Shown here piece after piece: positions 45,380 to 55,541 of a DNA stretch of 64,000 nt. The stretch comes from a virus. Made by a program: the position numbers and the translations under genes. The notes beneath the pieces were generated by a model. The model saw only the letters and a list, made by a program, of their open reading frames with translations, was not told where the DNA came from and did not search any database. The DNA lies in IMG/VR virus record IMGVR_UViG_3300042870_001850, positions 1-64,000 of that record; one strand, 5' to 3'. Position 1 is the first letter of the stretch, and each line of letters starts with the position of its first letter.

Positions 45380-48300
45380 TGGCTGGAGCAAGAATTCAAC
45401 TAAAGAGGGCTACAGCATCTCAATGGACATCTGCAAACACTGTCCTATTTGCCGGTGAAATTGGATATGAAACAGACGCCAATAAGTTCAAAATTGGCGA
45501 CGGTACTACAGCGTGGACATCGCTTTCTTACTTCAATGGAAACTTGTCAGGATCAAACCTAAATGATCTTTTAGATGTAACTATCACGTCTGCAGCGAAC
45601 GGCGACTTCCTTCGTTGGAGCGGCACAGCATGGATCAATGACGCAGTTAATCTTGGAACTGATACAGCAGGCTCATTTGTTGAAAGTCTTATTGCTGGTA
45701 CAGGTGTAACACTCACAAACAATAGCGGTGAAAGCTCCACACCAACAATTGCAATTGGTCAATCTGTAGCAACAAACACAACTCCAACATTTGCTGGATT
45801 GACTCTCAATGGCAACATTACTTTTGAAGGTACAACTGCTGACGATTTCGAGACAGTACTCGCGATTACCGACCCAACAGCGGATAGAACAATCACAATC
45901 CCTGACGCGACTGGAACAGTTGCCTTAAATGGCTCAATTGCTCTAGGTACAGACACAACTGGTAACTATGTCAATGACGTAACTGCCGGCACGGGCGTAA
46001 CGGTAACTCATACACCTGGCGAAGGCTCATCTCCTACAGTGGCGATTGGGCAGAGCGTTGCAACGTCTGCTTCACCAACATTTGCTAACGTCACTATTAG
46101 CTCTGTCCCAACAAGTGACACACATGCTGCAACAAAAGCGTATGTCGACTACCACGCGGCAGGAATTGTATGGCATGACGCCGTTAAATTGGCAACAAAC
46201 GCCGTGCTTCCAGGAACACCTACGTATAGCAATGGAACATCGGGTGTAGGCGCAACATTAACCGCAACCGCGAATGCGCGTCTTAGCATTGATGGAGCTA
46301 ACGCAACAACAAATGACAGAGTTCTTGTCAAAGATCAAGCCGACGCAACACAAAACGGTGTGTACAAAGTAACAGCTCAAGGCAGCGTAAGCGTGCCGTA
46401 CGTCTTAACAAGAGCGACAGACTTTGATACAAGCACGCCGTACGAAATCATCGGCGTAACCGGAGACGCAGTTTATATTTCTAGCGGCTCGTATAACGCT
46501 AATCAAGGATACATCACGACTTCAACCGGCACAGGCACTGACGGCGCGCACGTTCTCGGGACTGACAATTTGACGTTTAGCCAATTTACTGGTACAGCAA
46601 CATTTAGTGCTGGAACAGGTATCGCAATTAGCGGTAACACAATTAACGTACAAACAGCAAATGCTGGTCGCATAGTTGTCAATGCTGATGACATTGATCT
46701 TGCAACTGTCACCCGCACAGACACAAGCGGTTCTGCCGGTAAGTCATTTGTTCAATCATTTACAACTGACTCATATGGCCGAGTAACCGGTGCTGTAACA
46801 GCAGACACTGCAATTACTCTTGGCACTGATACGTCTGGTAGCTATGTAGAAAGTCTTACCGCAGGCACCGGCATTACACTAAGTAATAACAGCGGCGAAG
46901 GCGCTAGCCCGACAGTAGCGGTAACCGCAAACACGTATGACGCGTACGGCGCGTCGTCGACTCATGCAGGTTTAACAGAAGCACATGGTGCGACAGGCGC
47001 AGTAGTGGGAACGACAAATACTCAGACCCTTACCAACAAAACTCTGACATCTCCAAAAGTAAATGAAGATGTTGTACTGACTTCTACAGCAACTGAACTT
47101 AACATTCTTGACGGTGCGACTCTTTCAACAACCGAACTTAACTATGTTGACGGTGTCACAAGTGCTATTCAGACTCAACTTGATGCAAAAGCACCTTTAG
47201 CGTCGCCAACATTTACCGGCTCGGTCACACTTCCTGACAACACGGTTGCTCTTGGAACCAAGACAACTGGTGACTATGTAGCAACAATAACGGGTGGAAC
47301 TGGTGTTAGTTCAACAGCCGCAACAACTGGTGAGGGAACAACCCACACACTGTCCATTGGTCAAGCGATCGCAACAACAGATTCACCAACCTTTGCAGGA
47401 CTTACCGTCAACGGAGCAAGCGTTGTCTTTGAAGGTGCAACTGCAAACGACTTTGAGACTACTCTTTCCGTAACAGATCCAACAGCGGATAGAACAATCA
47501 CAATCCCTGACGCGACTGGGACAGTTGCCCTTACCTCGGATGTTACGACTCACGCAAACCTGACAGAAGCACATGGTGCAACTGGTGCAGTAGTTGGGAC
47601 AACGAACACTCAAACACTTACTAATAAAACACTGACATCACCAAAAATCAACGAAGATGTTGTACTGACTTCTACGGCAACAGAATTAAACTATGTTGAT
47701 GGCGTTACAAGTGCCATTCAGACCCAACTTGATGCAAAGGCACCGCTCGCGTCGCCAACATTTACTGGTACACCAACACTGCCAACAGGCACTATTGCTA
47801 CAACACAGACTGCTGCAAATAGCACAACCGCAGTTGCTACTACTGCGTTTGTTACAACTGCAGACAACCTCAAAGCAAACATCGACTCACCGACATTTAC
47901 TGGAACAGTTGCTGGAATAACAAAGACAATGGTCGGTCTCGGCAATGTTGACAACACTGCAGACACTGCAAAGCCAGTGTCAACGGCACAGCAGACAGCT
48001 CTTGATCTTAAAGCAAATATTGCTTCACCAACTTTTACTGGTACGGTTACACTTGCTGCTGATCCAGGTTCTGCGCTTCAAGCAGCAACAAAGCAGTATG
48101 TTGACAACGTTGTCTCTGGAGTAAACTTCCATGAGTCAGTAGTTGCAGCGACAACTGGCAATCTCGCTGGAACATACAACAATGGAACCAGCGGTGTAGG
48201 CGCAACAATTACAAAAGCAACAAATGGTTCAATTGGAACTATTGACGGTGCAACAGTAATTGTTGGAAGCAGAATTCTTCTCAAGTCGCAGACTGATCCA

Positions 48301-49365
48301 AAAGAAAATGGTATTTATACCGTTACCGCAGTTGGAAGCGTCAGCGCTCCTTGGGTGGTAACCAGAGCAACTGATGCAGACAACAACCCATCAGGTGAAA
48401 TGGAAAATGGAGACTTCTGCTTCGTAACTGGTGGTTCAACTAACTCTGGCTACGGATACATCAATAACTCTACTGCAAGCCCAATTGTCATTGGAACTGA
48501 CGACATTACTTACGCAGTATTCAATGCGGCTCAAGTCGTCACTGGAGGCACTGGTCTAGCGTTTGATGGGAATATTCTCAATGTTGGAACTGCATCAACC
48601 AGCAGAATTGTTGTCAACGCAGACAACATTGATCTCGCCTCTGGAGTTGCCACAATCGGCACCTACAAGTCAGTAACAGTTGATACCTACGGCCGAGTAA
48701 CTGCTGGAACAAACCCAACAACGCTTTCTGGATACGGCATCACTGACGCAGCGCCAATCAATGACGCATCATTTACGGGAACATTCTCTGCTCCTTCTGG
48801 AACTATCACTAGCACGATGATTGCCGATGGAACTATCGTCAACGGCGACATCAATGCTTCTGCAGGCATCGCGCTTAGCAAACTTGCTACAAGCACCGCC
48901 GGTAACATTATTGTCTACAACTCGTCTGGTGTTCCGACAGCAGTAGCAGAAACAGGAGACGTCACAATCTCCGACACTGGCGTTACAGCAATTGGCACAG
49001 GAGTAATCGTCAACGCGGATGTTTCCACAACTGCAGCAATTGACCTTGGTAAACTGGCTGATATTTCAACTAACGCGCAAACAGCAAGCTACACACTCGT
49101 CTTGGCAGACAAGAATAAGCTAGTTGAAATGAGTGTCGCTTCTGGAAACACTTTAACAGTTCCGCCAAACGTAGATGTTGCATTCCCAGTAGGTTCTCAA
49201 ATTAGAGTTCTTCAAACAAACACTGGTCAATGCACACTTACTGCAGGCGCTGGTGTTACGATAAATGGTACGCCAGGTCTTAAGCTTAGAACTCAGTGGG
49301 CATCTGCTACACTGATTAAACGAGCAACAAATACTTGGGTAGCAGTAGGAGACCTTTCAGCATGA
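45379..49365 (+). CDS. long tail fibre with Mtd-like N-terminal domain and internal duplications
   Basis: RIQLKR....W...N..L..GEIGYETD..KFKIGDG; repeated SPTFTG, TLTNKTLTSP, DPTADRTITIPDATGT. Confidence 0.85.
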   Translation: MAGARIQLKRATASQWTSANTVLFAGEIGYETDANKFKIGDGTTAWTSLSYFNGNLSGSNLNDLLDVTITSAANGDFLRWSGTAWINDAVNLGTDTAGSFVESLIAGTGVTLTNNSGESSTPTIAIGQSVATNTTPTFAGLTLNGNITFEGTTADDFETVLAITDPTADRTITIPDATGTVALNGSIALGTDTTGNYVNDVTAGTGVTVTHTPGEGSSPTVAIGQSVATSASPTFANVTISSVPTSDTHAATKAYVDYHAAGIVWHDAVKLATNAVLPGTPTYSNGTSGVGATLTATANARLSIDGANATTNDRVLVKDQADATQNGVYKVTAQGSVSVPYVLTRATDFDTSTPYEIIGVTGDAVYISSGSYNANQGYITTSTGTGTDGAHVLGTDNLTFSQFTGTATFSAGTGIAISGNTINVQTANAGRIVVNADDIDLATVTRTDTSGSAGKSFVQSFTTDSYGRVTGAVTADTAITLGTDTSGSYVESLTAGTGITLSNNSGEGASPTVAVTANTYDAYGASSTHAGLTEAHGATGAVVGTTNTQTLTNKTLTSPKVNEDVVLTSTATELNILDGATLSTTELNYVDGVTSAIQTQLDAKAPLASPTFTGSVTLPDNTVALGTKTTGDYVATITGGTGVSSTAATTGEGTTHTLSIGQAIATTDSPTFAGLTVNGASVVFEGATANDFETTLSVTDPTADRTITIPDATGTVALTSDVTTHANLTEAHGATGAVVGTTNTQTLTNKTLTSPKINEDVVLTSTATELNYVDGVTSAIQTQLDAKAPLASPTFTGTPTLPTGTIATTQTAANSTTAVATTAFVTTADNLKANIDSPTFTGTVAGITKTMVGLGNVDNTADTAKPVSTAQQTALDLKANIASPTFTGTVTLAADPGSALQAATKQYVDNVVSGVNFHESVVAATTGNLAGTYNNGTSGVGATITKATNGSIGTIDGATVIVGSRILLKSQTDPKENGIYTVTAVGSVSAPWVVTRATDADNNPSGEMENGDFCFVTGGSTNSGYGYINNSTASPIVIGTDDITYAVFNAAQVVTGGTGLAFDGNILNVGTASTSRIVVNADNIDLASGVATIGTYKSVTVDTYGRVTAGTNPTTLSGYGITDAAPINDASFTGTFSAPSGTITSTMIADGTIVNGDINASAGIALSKLATSTAGNIIVYNSSGVPTAVAETGDVTISDTGVTAIGTGVIVNADVSTTAAIDLGKLADISTNAQTASYTLVLADKNKLVEMSVASGNTLTVPPNVDVAFPVGSQIRVLQTNTGQCTLTAGAGVTINGTPGLKLRTQWASATLIKRATNTWVAVGDLSA

Positions 49366-50681
49366 GCATGACATCTGGTGACGTAGAGAGTGGTGGCAAA
49401 CAGCCGACTGCGCCCGTAATTGGCACACCAACTTGGGTATCGAGCACTGTCGCTTCAGTAGCTTTTACTCCGTCAACATATACTGGTAAAGGCACAATCT
49501 CTTACACAGTAACTGCAAGCTCTGGTCAAACTGGAACTGGATCTTCAAGTCCTATTCAAGTCACTGGGTTAACCGCTGGCTCAACAGTTACTTTCACTGT
49601 CACAGCTGTTTCAGTTACTGGCGTTCAGTCTAGTGCATCTGGCACAAGCGCATCGCTTGTCATGGGTATTGCTCCGTCTGCTCCAACAATCGGAACAGCA
49701 TCCATAGTCCAGAACGTCGATAGAAACATTGACGTCCCGTACACTGCAGGATCTACAGGAACCTCTGGCTCTGTAACATACACAGCCACTTCTTCTCCCG
49801 GCGGAATTACAGCAACTGGCGCGTCACCAATTCGCGTCTCTGGTCTTACAGCAGGCACTGCATACACATTTACAGTTACCGCGTCTACAATATACGGCAG
49901 CGCCGCATCTTCTGCATCTAACTCTGTGACTGCAGGAAACAGGCCATCAGGCCTAGCGGCTCCTACTGCTACAAACAACGGCCAGACCAGCGGCTACACT
50001 GTCAGTGTAGGTAGTTGGAGTGGAACAGGGTCAACTACAGGCTTCACTTTTACCGCTTCCACTGGTCAAACTATCAGTACAAGCGGCGGCAGCCCAAGCT
50101 ATTACGAATGGGCTATATCTCCTCTGGGCACCGCGCGAACATTTACGGCTACAGCGACAAACGCTTACGGTACATCGGCAGCATCTGCTGCGTCTGCTGC
50201 AGTGGCAAACGGGTTCAGGCCCGGAGGAAGCGGTGGCCAGTGGAGCAGTTTCTCCATCGCAGCAGGAAACGCCCTAGTAACAGTCACTTTTGCGATGAGT
50301 GCCGGTGGAACCGGAGCAGAAACGTATACTATTCGCGTACATAGAGTGAGTGACGGCGCTGTTATTTCCACTGTCAGTGGTGTCACTGCCTCACCGGTTA
50401 CTTTCACTGGTTTGACGAACGGCACTGCGTACTATGCCCGAGGAACTGCCGTAAACGCCTATGGCACTAGCCTAGACTTTCAGACAGGCAATGTCACCCC
50501 TGTTGCACCTCCGTATTTCCCTCCTTACTTTCCTCCGTATTTCCCTCCTTACTTTCCTCCGTACTTTCCTCCGTACTTTCCTCCGTATTTCCCTCCTTAC
50601 TTCCCACCTTACTTTCCTCCGTATTTCCCACCTTTCTTCCCACCGCACTTCCCACCTTTCTTCCCACCAGGATTTAAGTAA
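49362..50681 (+). CDS. multi-FN3 virion-associated protein with C-terminal (PPxF)14 tail
   Basis: FN3-like repeats (SPI.V.GLTAG..YTFTV.A); ATGA overlap gives start 49362. Confidence 0.85.
   Translation: MSMTSGDVESGGKQPTAPVIGTPTWVSSTVASVAFTPSTYTGKGTISYTVTASSGQTGTGSSSPIQVTGLTAGSTVTFTVTAVSVTGVQSSASGTSASLVMGIAPSAPTIGTASIVQNVDRNIDVPYTAGSTGTSGSVTYTATSSPGGITATGASPIRVSGLTAGTAYTFTVTASTIYGSAASSASNSVTAGNRPSGLAAPTATNNGQTSGYTVSVGSWSGTGSTTGFTFTASTGQTISTSGGSPSYYEWAISPLGTARTFTATATNAYGTSAASAASAAVANGFRPGGSGGQWSSFSIAAGNALVTVTFAMSAGGTGAETYTIRVHRVSDGAVISTVSGVTASPVTFTGLTNGTAYYARGTAVNAYGTSLDFQTGNVTPVAPPYFPPYFPPYFPPYFPPYFPPYFPPYFPPYFPPYFPPYFPPFFPPHFPPFFPPGFK
50508..50675 (+). repeat. 14 x 12-bp coding tandem repeat: (PPYF)10 PPFF PPHF PPFF PPGF
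   Basis: Units differ at synonymous third positions (CCT/CCG/CCA, TAT/TAC, TTC/TTT). Confidence 0.97.
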
Positions 50682-50708
50682 ATAGCAAATCACTTTCGCG
50701 AGTAGCAC

Positions 50709-51320
50709 ATGCACGACGACTACAAATTAGAAGCAGCAGATCCAGCTAACATTGTGATCATCGAAAACTTTATTTCTGCTGAACATCTTGATGCTATTTA
50801 TGACTATTGCTACAGCATCACTGAATGGGAATCTCAGTCTATTGCGCAAACTGATAAAATCAGCACGGGCGCAACGATGAAGAAGAATTCGCCAGAAGTC
50901 TATGACATAATGTCGTCATACCTAAATAAAGTGCAAAAGGCTGTTGAATATAAGTTCGGCAGAAAGCTAGAGCCAAGTGTGCCAGGTATTCGTCGCTGGG
51001 ATGCTGGAGAACGCCAAGGGCCGCATGCTGATGGAGAAACAGTGCACGGCGTCGCCACAGACACATATATTGTCGACTACGGTTCAATAATGTATATAAA
51101 TGACAACTACGACGGTGGAGAGCTTTACTTTCCAGCATATGGAATTGACTTTCAACCTAAAGCTGGAACACTTGCATTTTTTCCGTCAAGTACGTACTAC
51201 GTCCACGGCGTAAAAGAAGTGATTGCTGGCGTACGATACACTTCACCGCACTTTTGGGTCCCAACAAAACATAAACGACTAATTGAAATGACAAAAAATG
51301 AACAACAATCAGTCCATTAG
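50709..51320 (+). CDS. prolyl-hydroxylase-like 2OG-Fe(II) oxygenase
   Basis: HAD, YINDNYDGGELYF, HGV, RY. Confidence 0.9.
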   Translation: MHDDYKLEAADPANIVIIENFISAEHLDAIYDYCYSITEWESQSIAQTDKISTGATMKKNSPEVYDIMSSYLNKVQKAVEYKFGRKLEPSVPGIRRWDAGERQGPHADGETVHGVATDTYIVDYGSIMYINDNYDGGELYFPAYGIDFQPKAGTLAFFPSSTYYVHGVKEVIAGVRYTSPHFWVPTKHKRLIEMTKNEQQSVH

Positions 51321-52773
51321 ACCTATATACAATCTTCACATTCCTAGAACATCTGGCACTAATACGCTGTTTGCTCTGCAGCGAGAAATCGCGCGCATGC
51401 CAGAAGCTAATAAGAACAAACTAAATAAGCATAAAGAACCAGAGTACGCGGATCTTAATATGTATACTCCAGACGTCTTAGAGTTCATCTATGACCACGA
51501 CAAGATGAAGAATTATAACTACATCTCAGGACATTTTGCCACAAATCCAATACACGAAATCGACAACTTACTTACGTTTTCTATAGTGAGAAATCCAGTA
51601 GATCAGTTTGTAAGCACTATTGCGTACAGATGCATGACCGCGCGAGTGCCGTTTACTTCACACGAACTGGACCTGTACATAGATGGCATGTACAAAATAT
51701 GGGGAGAATTTGAAGGATTCTCTGGCATTGACAATCCGCAATCGCACTTTCTTTCACAAAAACTTGCCGCGTTCGAGCTAGAAAAAAGCAATAGGGGAAA
51801 CGGAAGCTTAAAAGGAATGGCATTTGTAGGCTCACCGCAAAGTCTTGCCGACGTTCGTCAATTTACAGATGACATGATCATTAGCACACTTGAGAATCGG
51901 CACATTACAATCGATAAAATAAATGTGGTACTGCAAAAACAATTCGGTATCACTATAGAAAACGATACAAGAAAAGTCAATAGCATTATGAAGCTTCGTT
52001 TTGAGATCTCTAAAGATCAAATGAAAAAGATGAAAGCCAAACTAGAACTTGACGAAGAAGTGTACCAGCACGTGAAACAGCAAGAGAAAAACGTGCCAAG
52101 TAGAATAAATAAAGCTAAAAAAGAGCCTCAACAAAAAGTCCAGTTGGCGCCACAAAAAGAGTCAATAGCGCAGATGTTTGGCACAGATTCTTCTATGATA
52201 CGCGTCATTGACAATTTTATTCCTAGCAACGATATCGAGAAGATCGTGGAAATGGCTTCTAAAATAACTGAATGGCGCCACGAAGAGCCTGGAACAGAGT
52301 GGCATGTACGGTTGTCGGATGCTGATAGCCTAGTTAAATTAAATTCAGATACTTACGGTATTCTTGAAACGTACGCAAGGGCAGCCAAGAATTGCGCAGA
52401 AGAACTGTTTAACTGCACTCTTAAGTTTAGAAAACCAGCGCTCGTAAGATGTATAGCAGGAATGCACCAACCGGAGCTGCACACTAACAAACAAAATCTA
52501 GACGGCTATCTTAAAGAAGGAATTGGCGACGGCGATCTGTCAGCTGTCATGTATCTCAATGACGACTTTGAAGGCGGCGAGCTCGTGTTCCCGCAGCACG
52601 ATGTGCGCGTAACACCCACAGCGGGGCGTATTGTAATCTATCCTGGGGACAACGCGTACCTCCACTACGTCGATCAGGTCACTGCCGGTGTTCGCTGGGC
52701 GTGTCCGCTATTCTTTTCAGTAGACGAAGAAGCATGTCAACACACAAAAGAACAAGAGAAAAAAGATGTCTAG
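51298..52773 (+). CDS. sulfotransferase-like domain fused to a 2OG-Fe(II) oxygenase domain
   Basis: LHIPRTSGT, SGHF, VRNPVDQFVS; C-terminal HTN, YLNDDFEGGEL, HYV, RW. Confidence 0.8.
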   Translation: MNNNQSIRPIYNLHIPRTSGTNTLFALQREIARMPEANKNKLNKHKEPEYADLNMYTPDVLEFIYDHDKMKNYNYISGHFATNPIHEIDNLLTFSIVRNPVDQFVSTIAYRCMTARVPFTSHELDLYIDGMYKIWGEFEGFSGIDNPQSHFLSQKLAAFELEKSNRGNGSLKGMAFVGSPQSLADVRQFTDDMIISTLENRHITIDKINVVLQKQFGITIENDTRKVNSIMKLRFEISKDQMKKMKAKLELDEEVYQHVKQQEKNVPSRINKAKKEPQQKVQLAPQKESIAQMFGTDSSMIRVIDNFIPSNDIEKIVEMASKITEWRHEEPGTEWHVRLSDADSLVKLNSDTYGILETYARAAKNCAEELFNCTLKFRKPALVRCIAGMHQPELHTNKQNLDGYLKEGIGDGDLSAVMYLNDDFEGGELVFPQHDVRVTPTAGRIVIYPGDNAYLHYVDQVTAGVRWACPLFFSVDEEACQHTKEQEKKDV

Positions 52774-53389
52774 TCCATGGAAAATTGCACCAGGGCATTT
52801 TGGAGACTCTCCAGAAAACATTGTCACAATAGAGAACTTCGTTGAACTAGAAGATCTTAAAATTATTCAAGAGTTCTGCCCAACTATCAACGAGTGGAAT
52901 AACGAAAAAGAATCCGTGTATGCAGAAGATGGTACATGTCTTTACAATGCAGACTACTGGAATGATCGCCAGTGCAGCAATGATATTCTTGAAAGAATCA
53001 ATCCTCAGGTATGGAACATCATTGACAAATACATAACTAAAATGCAATTGGTCATTGAAGATAAGTTTAATTGCAAAGTAAGTTCTAGACCCCCAGTAAT
53101 CATGAAATGGCGGCCTGGAACTGAACAGCGCCCGCACGCAGACAAGCAATTAAACGATGGCCAACCGAACGCGTTCCCAGACTACGACCTCAACTCATTG
53201 ATTTACTACAATGACGACTTTGAAGGCGGTGATCTTTTCTATCCGCAACACGACATCGTAGTTCGCCCAAAACCTGGCCTCGCGGTGTTTCACCCAGGAG
53301 ATGTAAACTATCTTCACGGAGTGTCAATGGTAACGAGTGGATACCGATACACGACACCGTCTTTCTACACGATTGAAGAATTCATATGA
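52766..53389 (+). CDS. prolyl-hydroxylase-like 2OG-Fe(II) oxygenase
   Basis: HAD, YYNDDFEGGDL, HGV, RY. Confidence 0.9.
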   Translation: MSSPWKIAPGHFGDSPENIVTIENFVELEDLKIIQEFCPTINEWNNEKESVYAEDGTCLYNADYWNDRQCSNDILERINPQVWNIIDKYITKMQLVIEDKFNCKVSSRPPVIMKWRPGTEQRPHADKQLNDGQPNAFPDYDLNSLIYYNDDFEGGDLFYPQHDIVVRPKPGLAVFHPGDVNYLHGVSMVTSGYRYTTPSFYTIEEFI

Positions 53390-53928
53390 TATTCGCAGTT
53401 ATATCAAATTTTATAGATAGAGAAACATGCAACAATCTTACTGATCTTTTATCTACTTGCGAGTGGGAATCAGTTGTAAGAAATGACGTTGACATTTTTA
53501 GCATAATGACAACTGATATTGACGAGATACACGCTATTGGATCAAAGCTGTGGAATGCGCTCGAGTCTCAGGTGTCTAAAGTAGCTAAACGTCAAATCGT
53601 AAAAGAAACGTCGGAGGCGGCACTAGCGTACACACGATATAGCACTGGCCAAGGACTAATGTGGCATTCTGATGGCGGTGACGGCGCGCAGACAAATACA
53701 TCAGGAAGAAAGATCGACGTCTCGGCTATTGTATACTTAAACGATGAGTATAGCGGTGGAGAGTTGTCTATGGCAAAAGCAAATAGCCGAGTAAACAACG
53801 TCTTTATGGTTAAGCCATCTACAGGGGACCTTGTCATAATTGATGGCGCAACGTGGCACGAGGCACTGCCAGTAGCTAGCGGAACAAAATACGTGATGTC
53901 TGCAAGATGGCAGCTAGATCAAGGATAG
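53386..53928 (+). CDS. prolyl-hydroxylase-like 2OG-Fe(II) oxygenase
   Basis: HSD, YLNDEYSGGEL, HEALPV..GTKY. Confidence 0.9.
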   Translation: MIFAVISNFIDRETCNNLTDLLSTCEWESVVRNDVDIFSIMTTDIDEIHAIGSKLWNALESQVSKVAKRQIVKETSEAALAYTRYSTGQGLMWHSDGGDGAQTNTSGRKIDVSAIVYLNDEYSGGELSMAKANSRVNNVFMVKPSTGDLVIIDGATWHEALPVASGTKYVMSARWQLDQG

Positions 53929-53937
53929 AACAGTTTT

Positions 53938-54702
53938 ATGAGTACCCCAGCAAACCCTAACCACATAAAAATAATAGATAATTTCGTAGAACCAGAAGAT
54001 CTTGCAGTGCTCGACAACTTGTGTAGAAGCAATGCAGGCAACGTTTGGTGGAGTGAAAAAAGTATGCCAACGCAGGACTACGTGCATTTTGCACTCGGGG
54101 ATTACAAAGAGCATTGCGCTAAAGCCCGCAGCGAGGGGGCAAATGCAAATGTGCATCCGCTCTTGGGCAAGTACATGAACAAATTAAGAACAATTATTAG
54201 TTACGAAGCCGGGCATCAGCTTGTTCCGATATTTGATTTTTGTCGAATGGAGACACCTGTCGGTGGGTCTTGCCCTGGGCACACAGACTCAGAAGGCCAC
54301 GGTATAACTGGGACAGCGTTTCTTCCAGAGTACTCGCCGCTGCATGTCTATGAGCCAAACTTAATAGATATGTCGGCAAACATTTATGTTAATAACGATT
54401 TTGAAGGCGGTCAGCTCTACTTCGAGCAGTACGACCTCACTGTTAATCATACTCCCGGCCAACTCGTGTGGTTTCCCGGTTCGCATGAATACATGCATGG
54501 TGTTCATGAAATAAAGAGTGGCAGCCCTCGGTGGAATATTATTACTCATTTTGCACGGCCAAAATTGATAGAACTTCACAGTATGATCCACAACATGTAC
54601 GTAAAGCTCAATGAAGATCAAAAAGCCGAATTCCCAGTCTCCTGGGACATAAACACTCACATGCCACGTGGAATTCGTGGAGACAACAACTATGATTACT
54701 AG
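53938..54702 (+). CDS. 2OG-Fe(II) oxygenase
   Basis: HTD, YVNNDFEGGQL, HGV, RW. Confidence 0.9.
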   Translation: MSTPANPNHIKIIDNFVEPEDLAVLDNLCRSNAGNVWWSEKSMPTQDYVHFALGDYKEHCAKARSEGANANVHPLLGKYMNKLRTIISYEAGHQLVPIFDFCRMETPVGGSCPGHTDSEGHGITGTAFLPEYSPLHVYEPNLIDMSANIYVNNDFEGGQLYFEQYDLTVNHTPGQLVWFPGSHEYMHGVHEIKSGSPRWNIITHFARPKLIELHSMIHNMYVKLNEDQKAEFPVSWDINTHMPRGIRGDNNYDY

Positions 54703-54758
54703 TGCCATATTAAGCACAATCGTCAAGATGGCAGCTAGAACAAGGATAGAATAGTTTT

Positions 54759-55541
54759 ATGGAAACAGCAAGCCCAGAGCATATAAAAGTAATTAACAAT
54801 TTTGTTGAGCCTGAAGACCTTAAAATTCTAGATGAACTATGCAGATCATCTGTAAATTATGACGACTTCAAAGATAATGACAAGTGGTGGTTCCATAAAA
54901 AGCCAGGTCCTGAGTACATTAAGCACGCGTCTGGCGCGTACAAGCAGCTGTGCCTTGACTCGATGGAACAGCCGTATGGAAAAAACGTGCACCCATTGCT
55001 TCTTAAATATATGAAGAAACTTGAAAAAGTAGCAAGCTATGAGACCGGCCATAAGCTTGTGCCAATGTTTGGCTTCAACAGGCATCAAACTTTAGAAGGT
55101 GGATTCTGCCCCGGACATCAGGACGCAGAAGCAGAGAAAAACGGTGAAGGCGAATATCTCCCAGAGTATGCGCCACATCACACATTTGAGCCGTGCTTAA
55201 TAGACACATCAGCAAATATCTACATCAATGCAGAGTATGAAGGTGGCCAGCTCGAGTTTGAGCATTACGGAATTAGAATTGAGCACACTCCAGGGCAGCT
55301 TGTTATTTTTCCCGGCGCTCTTGAATACATGCACGGAGTCACACCGATTACTAAAGGCACACGATGGAATCTAATTACACATCTTGCACGACCAAAAGTT
55401 GTTGAAATGCATAGTTTGATCTATAACCTTTACAATGAACTTGGCGAAGACAAGCAAAGTCTATTCCCAGAAGACTGGCGCAATCGCCAAGACCCGAGAG
55501 GAACATTAGGCGAACACGTTCACTGGGAACCAGAGCAGTAA
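54759..55541 (+). CDS. 2OG-Fe(II) oxygenase, tandem paralog of 53938
   Basis: HQD, EGGQL, HGV, RWN.ITH.ARPK. Confidence 0.9.
   Translation: METASPEHIKVINNFVEPEDLKILDELCRSSVNYDDFKDNDKWWFHKKPGPEYIKHASGAYKQLCLDSMEQPYGKNVHPLLLKYMKKLEKVASYETGHKLVPMFGFNRHQTLEGGFCPGHQDAEAEKNGEGEYLPEYAPHHTFEPCLIDTSANIYINAEYEGGQLEFEHYGIRIEHTPGQLVIFPGALEYMHGVTPITKGTRWNLITHLARPKVVEMHSLIYNLYNELGEDKQSLFPEDWRNRQDPRGTLGEHVHWEPEQ

Noticed and set aside
45379-50681. Diversity-generating retroelement suggested by the Mtd-like N-terminus
   Set aside because: No reverse transcriptase and no template/variable repeat pair with adenine-specific mismatches seen in this window
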